A stretch of 63,916 bases of DNA, the filler included, from Stramenopiles sp. TOSAG23-6 (taxonomy: Eukaryota): the NCBI GenBank assembly GCA_900128565.1. It is 3 parts of 3 records of this genome, joined end to end, with 100 filler letters (N's around TTAATTAATTAA, not from the genome) between each part and the next. Parts side by side here need not be neighbours in the genome. Positions count along the whole stretch, not along the records: positions 21,596 to 42,888 come from LT636029.1; positions 42,989 to 63,916 come from LT636032.1; 1 more part is not named here. The stretch is one strand, 5' to 3'. Of the stretch, positions 33,301-44,312 are shown piece by piece. Below the pieces are notes generated by a model. It saw only the letters and a list, made by a program, of their open reading frames with translations. It had not been told where the DNA came from and did not search any database. Position numbers and translations under genes: made by a program. Position 1 is the stretch's first letter; each line of letters starts with the position of its first letter.

Positions 33301-35179
33301 TTTGTGTTTTTAGGGTTTGTGGTTTGTATGCGGGCCTTGGAGCAGCGAAGAAACTTCACAGTAATATGCTTCATGCATTATTAGGAGCACCATTGAGATA
33401 TTTTCATGTATATGACCCTTTTGTTACTTTCATTTTATTTTTACTATGAAAATTTTGTACCTAACGATTTTGGCTTTTAATTTTTTCACAATACATGTGA
33501 CTCCTGTAGGGCAAATGATAAATCGTTTTGGAAGCGATACTCGTAAAGTTGATAATGATATATTTACGTCGATAATGGGTATGTTGACAATACTTGTTAG
33601 TATAATATGTGTATTAGTACTTCAAATACTTTTATTATGGTGGTTGATTGCTTCGGTAATACCTCTGTTTTTTGTATACGCGTACTTTGCAAAAATATAT
33701 CGTAGTTGTTCACGTGAACTAAAGCGGCTTGAAAGTGTGGCTCTTTCACCTGTGTTTAATGCATTCGAGGAAGCACTTGCTTCGGGTGGTCTACAAACAA
33801 TTCGTTCATTTGGTGTACAGAGGAGATTTATGGATCAAATGGCCGACAGAATTGATAACCATTCACGTGCATGGACAAAAAATAACTTTGTGAATCGTTG
33901 GATGGGCACAAGACTTGATTGGATTGGGGCATTTCTTGTTGGAGGTGTTGCTTTTGGAAGTGTTATGTTTATATATCATGATTCAACTAATGGTGGTGTA
34001 GCAACTTTAGATACAGGAATGATTGGTCTATTAATAGTAGCAACGTCGCAAGTGAGTAGCTCTTTAAATTGGGGAGTGAGACGAGTTTCTGAGATGGAGT
34101 CGAATCTTGTTTCAGTTGAAAGAATTTTAGAAGTGTGTGAAGTAGATCAAGAAGTAATTACTCGATGTAGTGTAGACGATGTTTCAACAGATTCAAAGAT
34201 AGTAATACCATCGGCTATTGTAGGGTGTATTGAAATGAAGGACGTAAAGATGAGATACCGCGAAAACCTCCCTCTAGTTCTGAAAGGTATTAATTTTATA
34301 ATTCCAGCTGCTTCGTCAGTTGGTGTTGTTGGCAGAACAGGCAGTGGCAAATCTTCTTTAATTAATGTCCTTGTACGTCATGAATTTTAAATTTCTTCTT
34401 TTTTTTACTGTGAAAACTTTTTTATCTCATGAATTTTGTACCTTAAAAAGTTTTTCCACAGTACATCTTCGATTGGTTGAGCCCAGTGATGGAATTATAT
34501 CCATTGATGGTATTGATTGTAGTAAAATTGATCTTAATGTCTTGCGAACTATCATCACTGCTGTACCTCAAGAAGCTGTTATGTTCTCTGGATCTTTGAG
34601 AGAAAATGTACGTTTTAATTTTTTTTTTCGTATGAATTTTCCTACCTAAAAATTTTTTTTGGAATATTTTTTCATTATTGATTTGATGATTCATTTCAAT
34701 TTGTTTTTTAAATTTCATACCTAACGATTTTTTTTTGATATTTTTGCACAATACATATTGATCCAGGAAATGAATTTGACGATGCGCAATGTCTTGAGGC
34801 TTTAGCAGCTGTAGAATTACAAGATTTTGTTCAAACTCTCTCAGAAGGTCTTTCGACAAATGTTTCTGCATTAAGTGCTGGTCAACGCCAATTAATTTGT
34901 TTTGCTCGGGCTTTAGTTCGCAGACCTAAAGTTTTGTTGATGGACGAAGCGACGTCTCATATTGATCATAAAACTGATTCAAAGATTCAAAGTTGGATAA
35001 GTCAGAGAACTGGTTTGTTGAACAATACTACTATCTTTATTATAGCACATAGAATAAATACGGTAATGGATTGCGATCATATCATTGTAATGGATGATGG
35101 AAAAATTATTGAATTTGGAAATCCAAAAGAACTTTTATCAAATGGTGGAGCTTTTAAAACTCTCCTTTATAATTCATAA
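30368..35179 (+). CDS. ABCC/MRP-type ABC transporter, 7 exons
   Basis: Two TMD-NBD halves; GKFGSGKT, ISGGQRAR, GRTGSGKSS, LSAGQRQL, DEATS; continuous after removing six family introns. Confidence 0.92.
30883..30976 (+). other. Non-canonical intron GT-AT (94 nt)
   Basis: at|gtacga...cacaacacat|g. Confidence 0.8.
31258..31353 (+). other. Non-canonical intron GT-AT (96 nt)
   Basis: at|gtatgt...gtaccctaac...catcatctat|gg; gives HYLWAAP. Confidence 0.85.
31543..31635 (+). other. Non-canonical intron GT-AT (93 nt)
   Basis: at|gtttgt...gtacctaac...cacaatacat|gc; gives TECIRGVRIVK. Confidence 0.85.
33408..33496 (+). other. Non-canonical intron GT-AT (89 nt)
   Basis: cat|gtatat...gtacctaac...cacaatacat|g; gives YFHVTPVG. 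Confidence 0.85.
34373..34466 (+). other. Non-canonical intron GT-AT (94 nt)
   Basis: ctt|gtacgt...cacagtacat|ctt; gives GKSSLINVLLRLVE. Confidence 0.85.
34608..34756 (+). other. Non-canonical intron GT-AT (149 nt, duplicated 3' module)
   Basis: aat|gtacgt...catacctaac...cacaatacat|att; gives SLRENIDP. Confidence 0.85.
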
Positions 35180-35219
35180 TAAATTGTAAAATTTTATTTG
35201 TTTTTTAATTTTTTACATT

Positions 35220-37568
35220 TCAAGTTCTATGTTGTGCGTATCTACCTCTACGATCTTGGCGATCTTTTGCCAAAGCCCTTTCATTGAAAGATTCTTTTCT
35301 GCTTAGTAAAAGTTGAGGTGAAAGGGAGGATCTATGACGTTCTCGTTCAATTCTATTGTGGATTTTCTCCTGAGCATCTTTTTCTTCTTCATGAGAACCA
35401 AAAATTGGTGGAGGAGTATCACGTTCTCGAAACATTGTAGCTCGTGATACATTTTGATGATTTTTTTTTTTTTTTTTATTATCATCTTTGCCAACTTCTT
35501 TTTGTAAAGTTGGTTTTATACCAGATTTTGAAGCTTCTTTTAAAACTTTAGTACCAGAGAGTTCAAAACGTGGAAACTTTAATTTTCCTCGCTTCTTAGC
35601 TTTATAGCTGGTGTGTCCCATGGTTTTACTCAGTAAGCTCATATGTGTATTGTGTGGGTATCTCCCACTACGATTCCGTGCAGAGTGGCGTGTTTTCTTG
35701 CAACCATTTGAAGATCTTATTTCAGTTGTATTTTGTAATGTATACTGTGTTTTTCCAGATTTTCGTATATTTGTGAAATCATGACTGTCTGGATTTACCT
35801 CACGCACACCTGAGTTAATACTGTCCGATGAAGTAAATGTACAGTCATCTCTGAAATCACTATTAATACTAACAGATGAAGTAGATGTATCATCATGTTT
35901 AGTCTCAAGACTAGCACTATCACTAGTTGTATTTAACTCACTTGAGTGATCGAAATTAATACTAATTATTTTTTGTCTTTGTTGAGAAGCTTGTTTATGG
36001 AGCATTTCCTGTTTTTCGATACTCTTTTTATAGTGTTTACTATAGCAAGTTGTCACTTGGAGTGTAGGTGGGGAAATTTTGAATGTAGTGGGATGTTTTA
36101 TTTTTGGCTTTTGCATCTGTTGCGAATCTACATTTTTAGGAGAAGACAACTCTACATTTTTAGGAGAAGACAACTCTACATTTTTAGGAGAAGACAGCTC
36201 TACACGAGTACCCATTACAGGACTAACTCCTACCATTCTCAGACTTGGATCTTTTCTAGTTTTTTTTTGTTTTTCTAAATATTTAGTTCGGCCTCTTGCA
36301 GTTCCGCTCCACTTCTCAGTCCACTGGCCTGTGTCTAATTTTTGGGATGATCTTATTGGCGTTGGACTAATGTGTAATTGTGTGTTCTTATGTGCCTGCT
36401 TAACTGGAAAAGAAGTCACTTTTGAATGTTTTGGTGCACTTACTATTGGATTGAACGTATATTGTTCTTTTGGAGTTTTCCGAATGGGATGATTATGATT
36501 AACAATGACTTTTGCTTCGCCTTCAAATCGATGGACAACTGGAGCCACATACTCTTGTGACTCACCAGTAATAGAATCTTTAGTTGTTTTATGCTTACTG
36601 TGATTTTCCTCGTGATGAATTTTCTGAATACTATTTTTCTCTTTATGATATTTATGACTCTTTTTACATGGAAAATTATTTGAGCCATTGTGAGTTGATA
36701 ATTTAGACGATTTCCCAGATTTTTTTCTATCAATCGCTGAAGCTCTATCTACTGGGCTTGGCAATCCTCCCCTAACTATTAAAATATCATCTTTATTTAT
36801 TTGGTTCTGTGATGAAATTACATGGTTTTTCTCCGTTGCTAAAATAGGAAATTTGTTAGTTTCACAAGGACTCCAGGCGCTTCCACAAAAAGGACAGCCA
36901 GCACCTAACGATGAACCTAAAACAATTGAATTGTTAATATGTTCAGTATTCGTTTTTAATTCCTTTTGAAGAGCAATTTTGGCATTGAAATATTCGACAG
37001 TGGTTTCCATACATAGGCGATGCACACACTGTAAGCAATTTGAACAAGCTAATAAGGATGTTTCAGATTGACCATGACTATTTTTAGAATATTTTTGTAA
37101 AATATCTCTACATATTGGACAAAATTTGGTTCGCCTGAAAGAAAAAGACAAATTTTCATGTGATAAGTTCTTTAACTGCTGGCATTTACCGGCTGCAAAA
37201 ATTCCTGCAGATTCGTCTATTTCTAGACCCCGTTTAAGGAGACTGACAACTTCTGTTTCTAGAAAAGACGTCTGCCAAGCTAGAGGAGAATCTCTGGGAA
37301 GTCCTAGAAGTTTGCATGTAACAAAAATAATGTGTTCACATATATCAATATTGCCACATGAACACTTATTTATCGCACCAATATGTACCCTAGCCATGAC
37401 TTGTTTAGTTGAATATCCTTTACTATTTCTTTTGCGAGCGTTCTGAACAATAAATGTAGTTGGCCCAACTCGTTCTAGAAGGAGGCAAGGTGGTGGCTTC
37501 CGTAATAGTTGGAGTACCTGGGAGGAAGGGTATTCCCTAAATGGTACAAGTCTTCTAGAAGACGCCAT
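35220..37568 (-). CDS. SWIM zinc finger + RING-like protein (ZSWIM2/MEX-like N-terminus)
   Basis: GPTTF...CSC....CEHIIFV, then CPIC...C..C..CVH..C...CPFC; disordered C-terminus. Confidence 0.75.
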   Translation of the reverse strand: MASSRRLVPFREYPSSQVLQLLRKPPPCLLLERVGPTTFIVQNARKRNSKGYSTKQVMARVHIGAINKCSCGNIDICEHIIFVTCKLLGLPRDSPLAWQTSFLETEVVSLLKRGLEIDESAGIFAAGKCQQLKNLSHENLSFSFRRTKFCPICRDILQKYSKNSHGQSETSLLACSNCLQCVHRLCMETTVEYFNAKIALQKELKTNTEHINNSIVLGSSLGAGCPFCGSAWSPCETNKFPILATEKNHVISSQNQINKDDILIVRGGLPSPVDRASAIDRKKSGKSSKLSTHNGSNNFPCKKSHKYHKEKNSIQKIHHEENHSKHKTTKDSITGESQEYVAPVVHRFEGEAKVIVNHNHPIRKTPKEQYTFNPIVSAPKHSKVTSFPVKQAHKNTQLHISPTPIRSSQKLDTGQWTEKWSGTARGRTKYLEKQKKTRKDPSLRMVGVSPVMGTRVELSSPKNVELSSPKNVELSSPKNVDSQQMQKPKIKHPTTFKISPPTLQVTTCYSKHYKKSIEKQEMLHKQASQQRQKIISINFDHSSELNTTSDSASLETKHDDTSTSSVSINSDFRDDCTFTSSDSINSGVREVNPDSHDFTNIRKSGKTQYTLQNTTEIRSSNGCKKTRHSARNRSGRYPHNTHMSLLSKTMGHTSYKAKKRGKLKFPRFELSGTKVLKEASKSGIKPTLQKEVGKDDNKKKKKNHQNVSRATMFRERDTPPPIFGSHEEEKDAQEKIHNRIERERHRSSLSPQLLLSRKESFNERALAKDRQDRRGRYAQHRT

Positions 37569-38328
37569 ATAACTTGTTCTATTTGTTTAATAAAAGTCTA
37601 TGGCATATTTGCAGTATAGTATCCTTCTTTCCTTCAGAGATGACATGTATGTGTACTAATGAGTGTACCTCTCCCTCTTTTGTGCTTGCAGTTACATTTT
37701 GATTCGAATTGAATTGAATGAATTAAGGTAGTCGGGTACGTTTTTCGTGATTTCGGTCATTTCTGAGACAATAGATGCTTCAAAATGACAAAAATAATTA
37801 ATTTTATGACAAAAGCCCACGACAAAAGTTTTGAAATAGTGTCAAGTTCATTATTACCATGCTTAGGTACCAATGAGATAATTTTTCTAGTAGCCCCATT
37901 AAAATGATCTTGTGTGACTCCATTTTTCTGGAATTTGCTGATTTCAGAGGTGATTTTAATGGGGCTACTAGACAAATTATCTCATTGGGTGCTAAGCAAG
38001 ATAATAATGAACTTGACACTATTTCAAAACTTTTGTCGTGGGCTTTTGTCATAAAATTAATTATTTTTGTCATTTTGAAGCATTTTTTTTGTGTGATTTC
38101 TGTCGTTGATTATTTTCCAATTTACTACAAAAGTTCAATAAAATGAGTTTATAACAAACATATAACAATGACTACAGATACGACTATAGTTAAAACGTTT
38201 TATTGAAGCTATATGCAGCCATAATCAAAGGCACATTCATTGAAGCTTTCTCATATTATATAAATCTTCACTCTGAAATTGCTCATTGGAACTATGAAAT
38301 TGCTCATTGGAACTACAAAATGCTCTCT

Positions 38329-38706
38329 ACAACACCTATAAATCATCCATTTCCATCAAAACTGCAAAGTCATCTGTATATCTTTCTTCTAATGCTGCAT
38401 CACATGTTGACTCTTGTTCTGTAGAAGCCACACTGCTATAGACATCTAGCCATTGGAAAAAAAAATGTCATTATTTCATTAATGAAATAATGTACATTTT
38501 GAACTTACACGACAGCAATTGGCGCAATTGGCGATACTATTCAATGAGGACGATCTAGATCTGGTGAAGGTGTTTTCAAAATTGATCGAGCTGATGGTTT
38601 TACGTTACAACACCTGTAAATCATCCATTTCCATCAAAACTGCAAAGTCATCTGTATATTTTTCTTCTAATGCTGCATCACATGTTGACTCTTGTTCTGT
38701 AGAAGC
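38329..38706. repeat. 100-bp imperfect direct repeat (38329-38428 / 38607-38706)
   Basis: Duplicates the 3' end of the exonuclease ORF. Confidence 0.85.
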
Positions 38707-39576
38707 AGCAGCCCGTAAATTATCACCAAGAGGGTCGTTTTCTGCAAATATTTCTTTCTTCATGTCTGCTTCCCAAATATGACGGTCAGTCAACCATTTA
38801 CGGTGCGTTATCCATTCCTCCAACGTCATGACAAAACGATGATTCTTCTCCTTGATTGCTACAATACCCACCTTGGATTTGAGGATTTCAAATACTGCTC
38901 TTACATCTCCTTCGGCTCTATGGGGTGTTACACCAAAAGCTTCCATCGTCTTGTTCATTGTTTTCTGGAAAATAGCCCCCAGTTTCTTTGACTTTGATCC
39001 AAATACATTGTGCAACCGCATCACATCGATTGTACCAGATATACCCCATTCAGCTATTTTTCTGCTCCAAAGGACACCACGACACTTTCGCCGGCACGTG
39101 TTCTCCATCATATTCATATCAAACGTATCACTATTTGATCCTGCGAGATAAATCTTTTCCTTGTTTGCTGTGACACAAAACTTATTTATAATATCACCAA
39201 CCTCAGTAAGCATTGTTTCAAATGATTTACCATCTCGTTTGATCATTGCTTCTGATATTTTATGAATATCCTCAGCACCATATTTAGTATCATTTATCAA
39301 AGCTGAATATGTTGTTATTTCAATAAGAGAGAATTTGCGTTCTGTCTCGCGTTTGAGTTGACTAATGTGAAGAGATATTTCCACTGGCTCTTCTTTACTT
39401 GAATTCAGTCCGGATGCCTCTAAATCCCAACAAATAATGAAGTCACCTACCTCAATAAAATCAGTAATCTCAGATCTACGTGATGCTGGTGGACCTTTCC
39501 TATTATAATGACCATCAACAATACAACTTGGAGCACGGTGACCTATACGTAAACAATTACCACAGCGCGTTTTCAC
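38605..39576 (-). CDS. CCHC zinc knuckle + DEDDh 3'-5' exonuclease (transposon-borne)
   Basis: CGNCLRIGHRAPSC; WDLEASGL (Exo I), N..TFD (Exo II), HRAEGDV (Exo III). Confidence 0.8.
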   Translation of the reverse strand: MKTRCGNCLRIGHRAPSCIVDGHYNRKGPPASRRSEITDFIEVGDFIICWDLEASGLNSSKEEPVEISLHISQLKRETERKFSLIEITTYSALINDTKYGAEDIHKISEAMIKRDGKSFETMLTEVGDIINKFCVTANKEKIYLAGSNSDTFDMNMMENTCRRKCRGVLWSRKIAEWGISGTIDVMRLHNVFGSKSKKLGAIFQKTMNKTMEAFGVTPHRAEGDVRAVFEILKSKVGIVAIKEKNHRFVMTLEEWITHRKWLTDRHIWEADMKKEIFAENDPLGDNLRAAASTEQESTCDAALEEKYTDDFAVLMEMDDLQVL

Positions 39577-39606
39577 TTCTTTTGGTTTTGATTTTTTTTT
39601 TTTTTT

Positions 39607-42602
39607 TTATTTTTTTTTTTTTTTTTTTTTCTCTCTATTTTGCTTATTATTACTGGGAACACGCAACACCACATCATCATCAATGACAATAGTATTATCA
39701 TTATCATCCGCATCAGCAAAACCACCTGGCAAGTATTGTGTGTGCTCTGTAGCCATCTGTTCAAAACTTTTCAACTGGCGTCTTACTCGGTTCTTCTTGC
39801 GTTCTACTTTAACTTTTGTTTTTTTATTGTATTTCTTCCGGCTTTCATTTATGATTTCTATTGCTTCCGCATGTTTCCATTGATCGTTGGTAATTTGTAC
39901 CCCAGCTTGCTGTAGGCCATGCAATAATGATGAAAACCCACCAGCATTGCGCGAAACAGTCATTGCATTACGTAATGCATATACCAATGTACCACAATAT
40001 ATCGAACGGTGTTTTGGTGTTTCATTGCTTACGGATGAGAAATTCAACGCTTCGTTCATTTGTGTATTAAACGGATGACAAGACATTTCAAGCTGCTTAA
40101 TTGTTGAATTATCATCCCACGATTTATTGCCAACAGGCCAATCAGTCCACTTAATCGGTTTGTCATCTGCATCATATGTACCACCCTTTGCTTCAGCTGC
40201 AAGACCAAGACATCGACCTTCCATGAATTCAGCACAAGTTGAGTGATCACCCGCCAAATGACGTTTACCATTGTTGCATCGCCTCTGTATCTGCTGAACA
40301 GTATCACCATTTGAACCTCCAACACGCAAGCTCCAAACAAAATTCTTTCCAATACGGTGAATTACACGGCTACCTCCTGGAGGTGGCTTTGCCCACATTG
40401 GATTTACCACTACCTTCTTCCGGTGCCCTGGATCGGCATTAAATCGCGGCACAGGCTTGTAATTTTCCATGTCACCCTTCTTTTCTTCACGGCGCAAACG
40501 TTTACGGGTAGCAGAATCATCATCTGTAGTTACACTCTTCCAATATGTATATACTTCATTTCCATCCGGGAGAGTAATTGGTTGTCTCATTGCTAGATTG
40601 TGTAGACGAGGTGCAGCTAAAGACTCCATGCCTTTTGCAGATGAATTTTCCATGTTCATGCGGCAGTCATGAGCACTAACTGGAATTCCACTTTTACATG
40701 ATAAACAATCTCTCTGTGTACATAAGTATCCAACAATATCCTTAGTGTTGCCATCAATAACACTTGTAAATCCTCCACGACTAGAATATGACTTCCCTGA
40801 GCCACGCTTTGTCCACCCTGTGTCAATTGTCACATTAATTCCAACCATGTAGTGTGTGTTTTCAGTATCAGCCCATGGAAAGTCTTCATCACATTCTAGA
40901 TTGCTATCTAAAGAATCAAATCTTTTCGTCTCATTGGAATGAATATCCTGCACATGTTTTAGCTTTGCCTCTAGATCATTGCATAAATTGAAAGCATTAC
41001 GCAGTTGTTTTCTTTCTTTTTTGTCAGAACTTTGAACAAACATTTGAGACGCAAGAGTAATCACAGCAATTTTCAATTGTGTTTTTGCTTTGCCTAATGC
41101 ATGCTTAACACAAATAACATCTGTTTTTGCAATTTCTTTTCGTGCACTATTATTCATTGGGATTTTTTTTTCACCTCTCTCTAGCGCTGCAATTACTGAA
41201 TTTCGACGTCCCTCATAGGTAAGCTTCAATGCAATAGTCTCTTGGTTGCGTCCATAATGTATGAAATGATTCCGCATTGTCTGTCTATAATTTACTGATA
41301 ACGGAATACCAAGAAGTGTTGCAACCCTAAAAAATAAAAATAACATTACAAAATTTATATAAATCAATAAATTAATGGTGAAAACAAAATAAATAAATTA
41401 ATGGTGAAAACAAAATAAATAAATTAATGGTGAAAACAAAACAATAAAACATACCTTGGAGCATCCGACCCACCTTTCCCAAGGTATAGGAGTGCAGCAG
41501 CCATATTAATATTTATTGAATACCTACTGTTCCCGCGCGGGTAAGCATCAGGCTTACCACACTGCTCAAATTGTTTTGGTAGCCTGTGAGGTCCAAACTG
41601 TACTAACTGAGATGTTGAGAGGACTAGTTTGTGGGGTTTTGTCTCAACGGATGGTGAATTTCGTGTTGAATATTGCTTTGAGGAACAAACTCCACTACAT
41701 TGATACATTATGTTCGACGCAAACCCCATACGTGATTCTGAATGACCTCGTACCACCGGTATAGATGATTTTATTTCCTTTTTTTTTTTGGCATAATATT
41801 TTTTAGCCAACATAACAAAATCTCTTGTGTCATCTTGAATAGAACTTGCNAATCCCAATAAAAATTTTTCGACCACAGCACCGACGCAGCATCTACATGT
41901 TAGTCTTCCATAAATAAAACTATTAAGATTTTCCATGTTCATTAACCGGTTTCCATCTATTTTAGGCTGATGCTTTGCAGCATTAGTTGCTTCGGCATCA
42001 TGACGCAGTTTCTTTCTTCTATTTTTTATGTAAATTTTCTTTACTTTTTTTTTACTAATCTGAGGTTTAGCATACGAATGAATTTTGTCCAAATTCCACG
42101 ATAGGTCATTGGGACTTGCATTCACATGTGAAATGTGTTTGCCATTGCAACCACCTGTGCTGACTCGGCGTAGATAAAGAGGTGTTGAAGTATCTGATAA
42201 AGAACGTGAACGTGAAACAGCAGGTGTGTTACTACATCTACGGGTAAACTCCAAACGAACTTTTTGGATTGCAATTGGTAAATTGTCTGATTCTTCACTC
42301 ACTCTTTCTATTGTTCCTGGCGATGCAAAAGGAGCAGCTTTTTTCAAAATGCTCTTGTTCACAGAAATCGAATTTGAGCGCAAACATGGAGGTCCCACAT
42401 TAGATGTCAATGTATCTATATTATTTATTTGATCAGTTGTTGTCTTCAAGGGTTCACCGCGGGGACTTGAGTCTGCTTGGGTTTTCAAGCTTTTATTACT
42501 TGTTGAGGCACTCTCCTTGGTGGACTTCTTCCTCTTCCCTTTATTACTCCATGTTTCTCTGGGTGCTTGATTACCTTTATTGTACTTTTGGAACTTACCC
42601 AT
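39607..42602 (-). CDS. DDE transposase (Mutator-like/Kolobok-type), 2 exons
   Basis: IDTGWTKRG..YSSRGG, CxxC...HxC..N..SSAKGME, TDDDS, DPGH, TQMNEALN; ORFs joined by canonical intron 41327-41454. Confidence 0.8.
41327..41454 (-). other. Canonical GT-AG intron inside the transposase gene
   Basis: ag|gtatgt...tttttag|g restores frame; contains about 26-bp tandem repeats and lacks the family core. Confidence 0.8.
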
Positions 42603-42888
42603 TTCCTACTGTCACTGATCATGAGAGATTCGCCTTTCCTTGTTTGAGGAAATATGCGCAAGGGAAGGGAAGCGAATGTTCACTGGTTCGTCCCGATTAT
42701 GAACTGACTCTCTAAATCTTTGCGATTTCGTGTTCTACAATTCCCTCAGCAAAAAAAACATTTTTTTTTTTTTTTTTTTTGAGATCCTGTAAACCCAAAC
42801 TGTAAAACCGACAATTTGTCGGTTTTACAGTTTGCTTTTAGGTTTATTAGCAAAATGGTACAAATATTTTTTTTTGGTTTTTTGGTTT

Positions 42889-42988
42889 NNNNNNNNNNNN
42901 NNNNNNNNNNNNNNNNNNNNNNNNNNNNNNNNTTAATTAATTAANNNNNNNNNNNNNNNNNNNNNNNNNNNNNNNNNNNNNNNNNNNN
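42889..42988. other. Assembly gap / contig linker
   Basis: N-run containing TTAATTAATTAA. Confidence 0.95.
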
Positions 42989-43071
42989 TATTTCAAAAAA
43001 AAAACTTAAATTTGTTAGGTACGAAATTTCGTACGAAAAAAAAATAAATTAGAAATTCATATAAAACATAC

Positions 43072-44312
43072 ATGATTCTAAATTTTTGCATACTAATTCA
43101 ACACCAGCTAATGCAAATCCTTCACAGTATTCAATATCTTCTTTTGTCATATATTTTGGAAAAATATTGTTTTTTATTGTTTTGTTTTTTTTGGTTAGGT
43201 ACAAAATTTTCTATATATATATGTATTTTTTTTTTTGGAAATACATTTTTGTAGTAAAAATTTTGTTCTTCAAAAAAACAGTATTCAAAAATGATGATAA
43301 CGGACATTCCATCACGATTTAGCATTGTTTCATTAGGTACCATATATGCCTCAATTGAATGAGACAATGCATCCACGCCAGTTGCAAAAGTAAGTAATGC
43401 AGGCTTCTTGCAAGTAAATTGAGGAATCAGTGCCGCAGATTTAGGAAGGAGCGCAGGATGACCAAAAACAACTTTGATTTCATCCACATCTTTAATCACG
43501 CAACTCTTACCACCATCAGAACCCGTGCCAGCAGTTGTAGGAATTGCACCAAATTCAGGGACAGCTTGTACCCAAGCTTCATCTACTATATTGGGTAGAC
43601 CTCGACGACACGTTTCTGTAATAAAACGAGCAGTATCATATATCGTGGAAAATATTTTTTTTTTTTTGTAAAAAAATTCGTTAGGTACAAATTTTGGTAT
43701 AAAAAAAAATTCAATTTTGAAAACGTACATCTGCAGTATGAAACGAAGGATTGCTTCGTGCTTCGGCTACAACGGCCATACCTCCTTTTGCGGCATCTAT
43801 TGGTCCACCGCCACCTACACCGATACATGTATTGCAAAAAATATTTTGCTTTCAAACGTTTTGTTAGGTACAAATTTTCAAATTTTCATTGTAAAAAAAA
43901 CATATTTTACGTTCAATTTTGAAAACGTACATGAATCACATTTTCCTTCCTCAAAAGCAGCAGCAATGTGAGCAACGTCAGCGTGACTAGGGTCCGGTGT
44001 GCATTCGTCAAAGACAAAAGGTGTCATGCCAACATCACGCAACTGTGCTACAACTTCATCAACGATACCAAGAGCAGAAACTCCTGCATCAGCTACAATA
44101 AGAGGTCTAGAGCATGATTGTGCTTTTAAGCGGTCAACGAAGAGTGCAAGTGCTTCTGTTCCTGCAAAAATTGACTGGTCTGGAAAGTTCAAGATGTTTA
44201 GGTCTGTATTGAAACTCAATGTTGGTTGATGGAAAGTATTTGATAAAGTCGATAACAGACGAAGGCGTTTCGCAGCTGAACTCACTACGACCCGATGAGC
44301 ATATCCCATCAT
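43072..44312 (-). CDS. Iron-containing alcohol dehydrogenase (3' partial, at least 4 exons)
   Basis: Spliced CIGVGGGGPIDAAK, AIPTTAGTGSD, TGVDALSHSIEAY; introns 43827-43930, 43638-43728, 43149-43305 and one from 43071 into the gap. Confidence 0.88.
43149..43305 (-). other. Non-canonical intron GT-AT (157 nt)
   Basis: at|gtccgt...gtacctaac...ccaaaatatat|g. Confidence 0.8.
43638..43728 (-). other. Non-canonical intron GT-AT (91 nt)
   Basis: gat|gtacgt...gtacctaac...cacgatatat|g. Confidence 0.8.
43827..43930 (-). other. Non-canonical intron GT-AT (104 nt)
   Basis: at|gtacgt...gtacctaac...gcaatacat|gt; restores the GGG motif. Confidence 0.85.

Larger units (their letters stand above)
37727..42888 (-). 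mobile_element. TTAA-flanked DNA transposon (Kolobok-like), truncated by gap
   Basis: ttaa|ggtagtcggg terminus repeated at 21952; 309-bp subterminal palindrome; internal transposase and exonuclease ORFs. Confidence 0.8.

Noticed and set aside
21952-37727. Composite transposon carrying the 16-kb gene block
   Set aside because: Both are the same end and each element extends away from the block, so these are two independent insertions.
38446-38508. Possible second canonical GTAAGT...AG intron in the transposon
   Set aside because: No convincing open frame could be built on either side.
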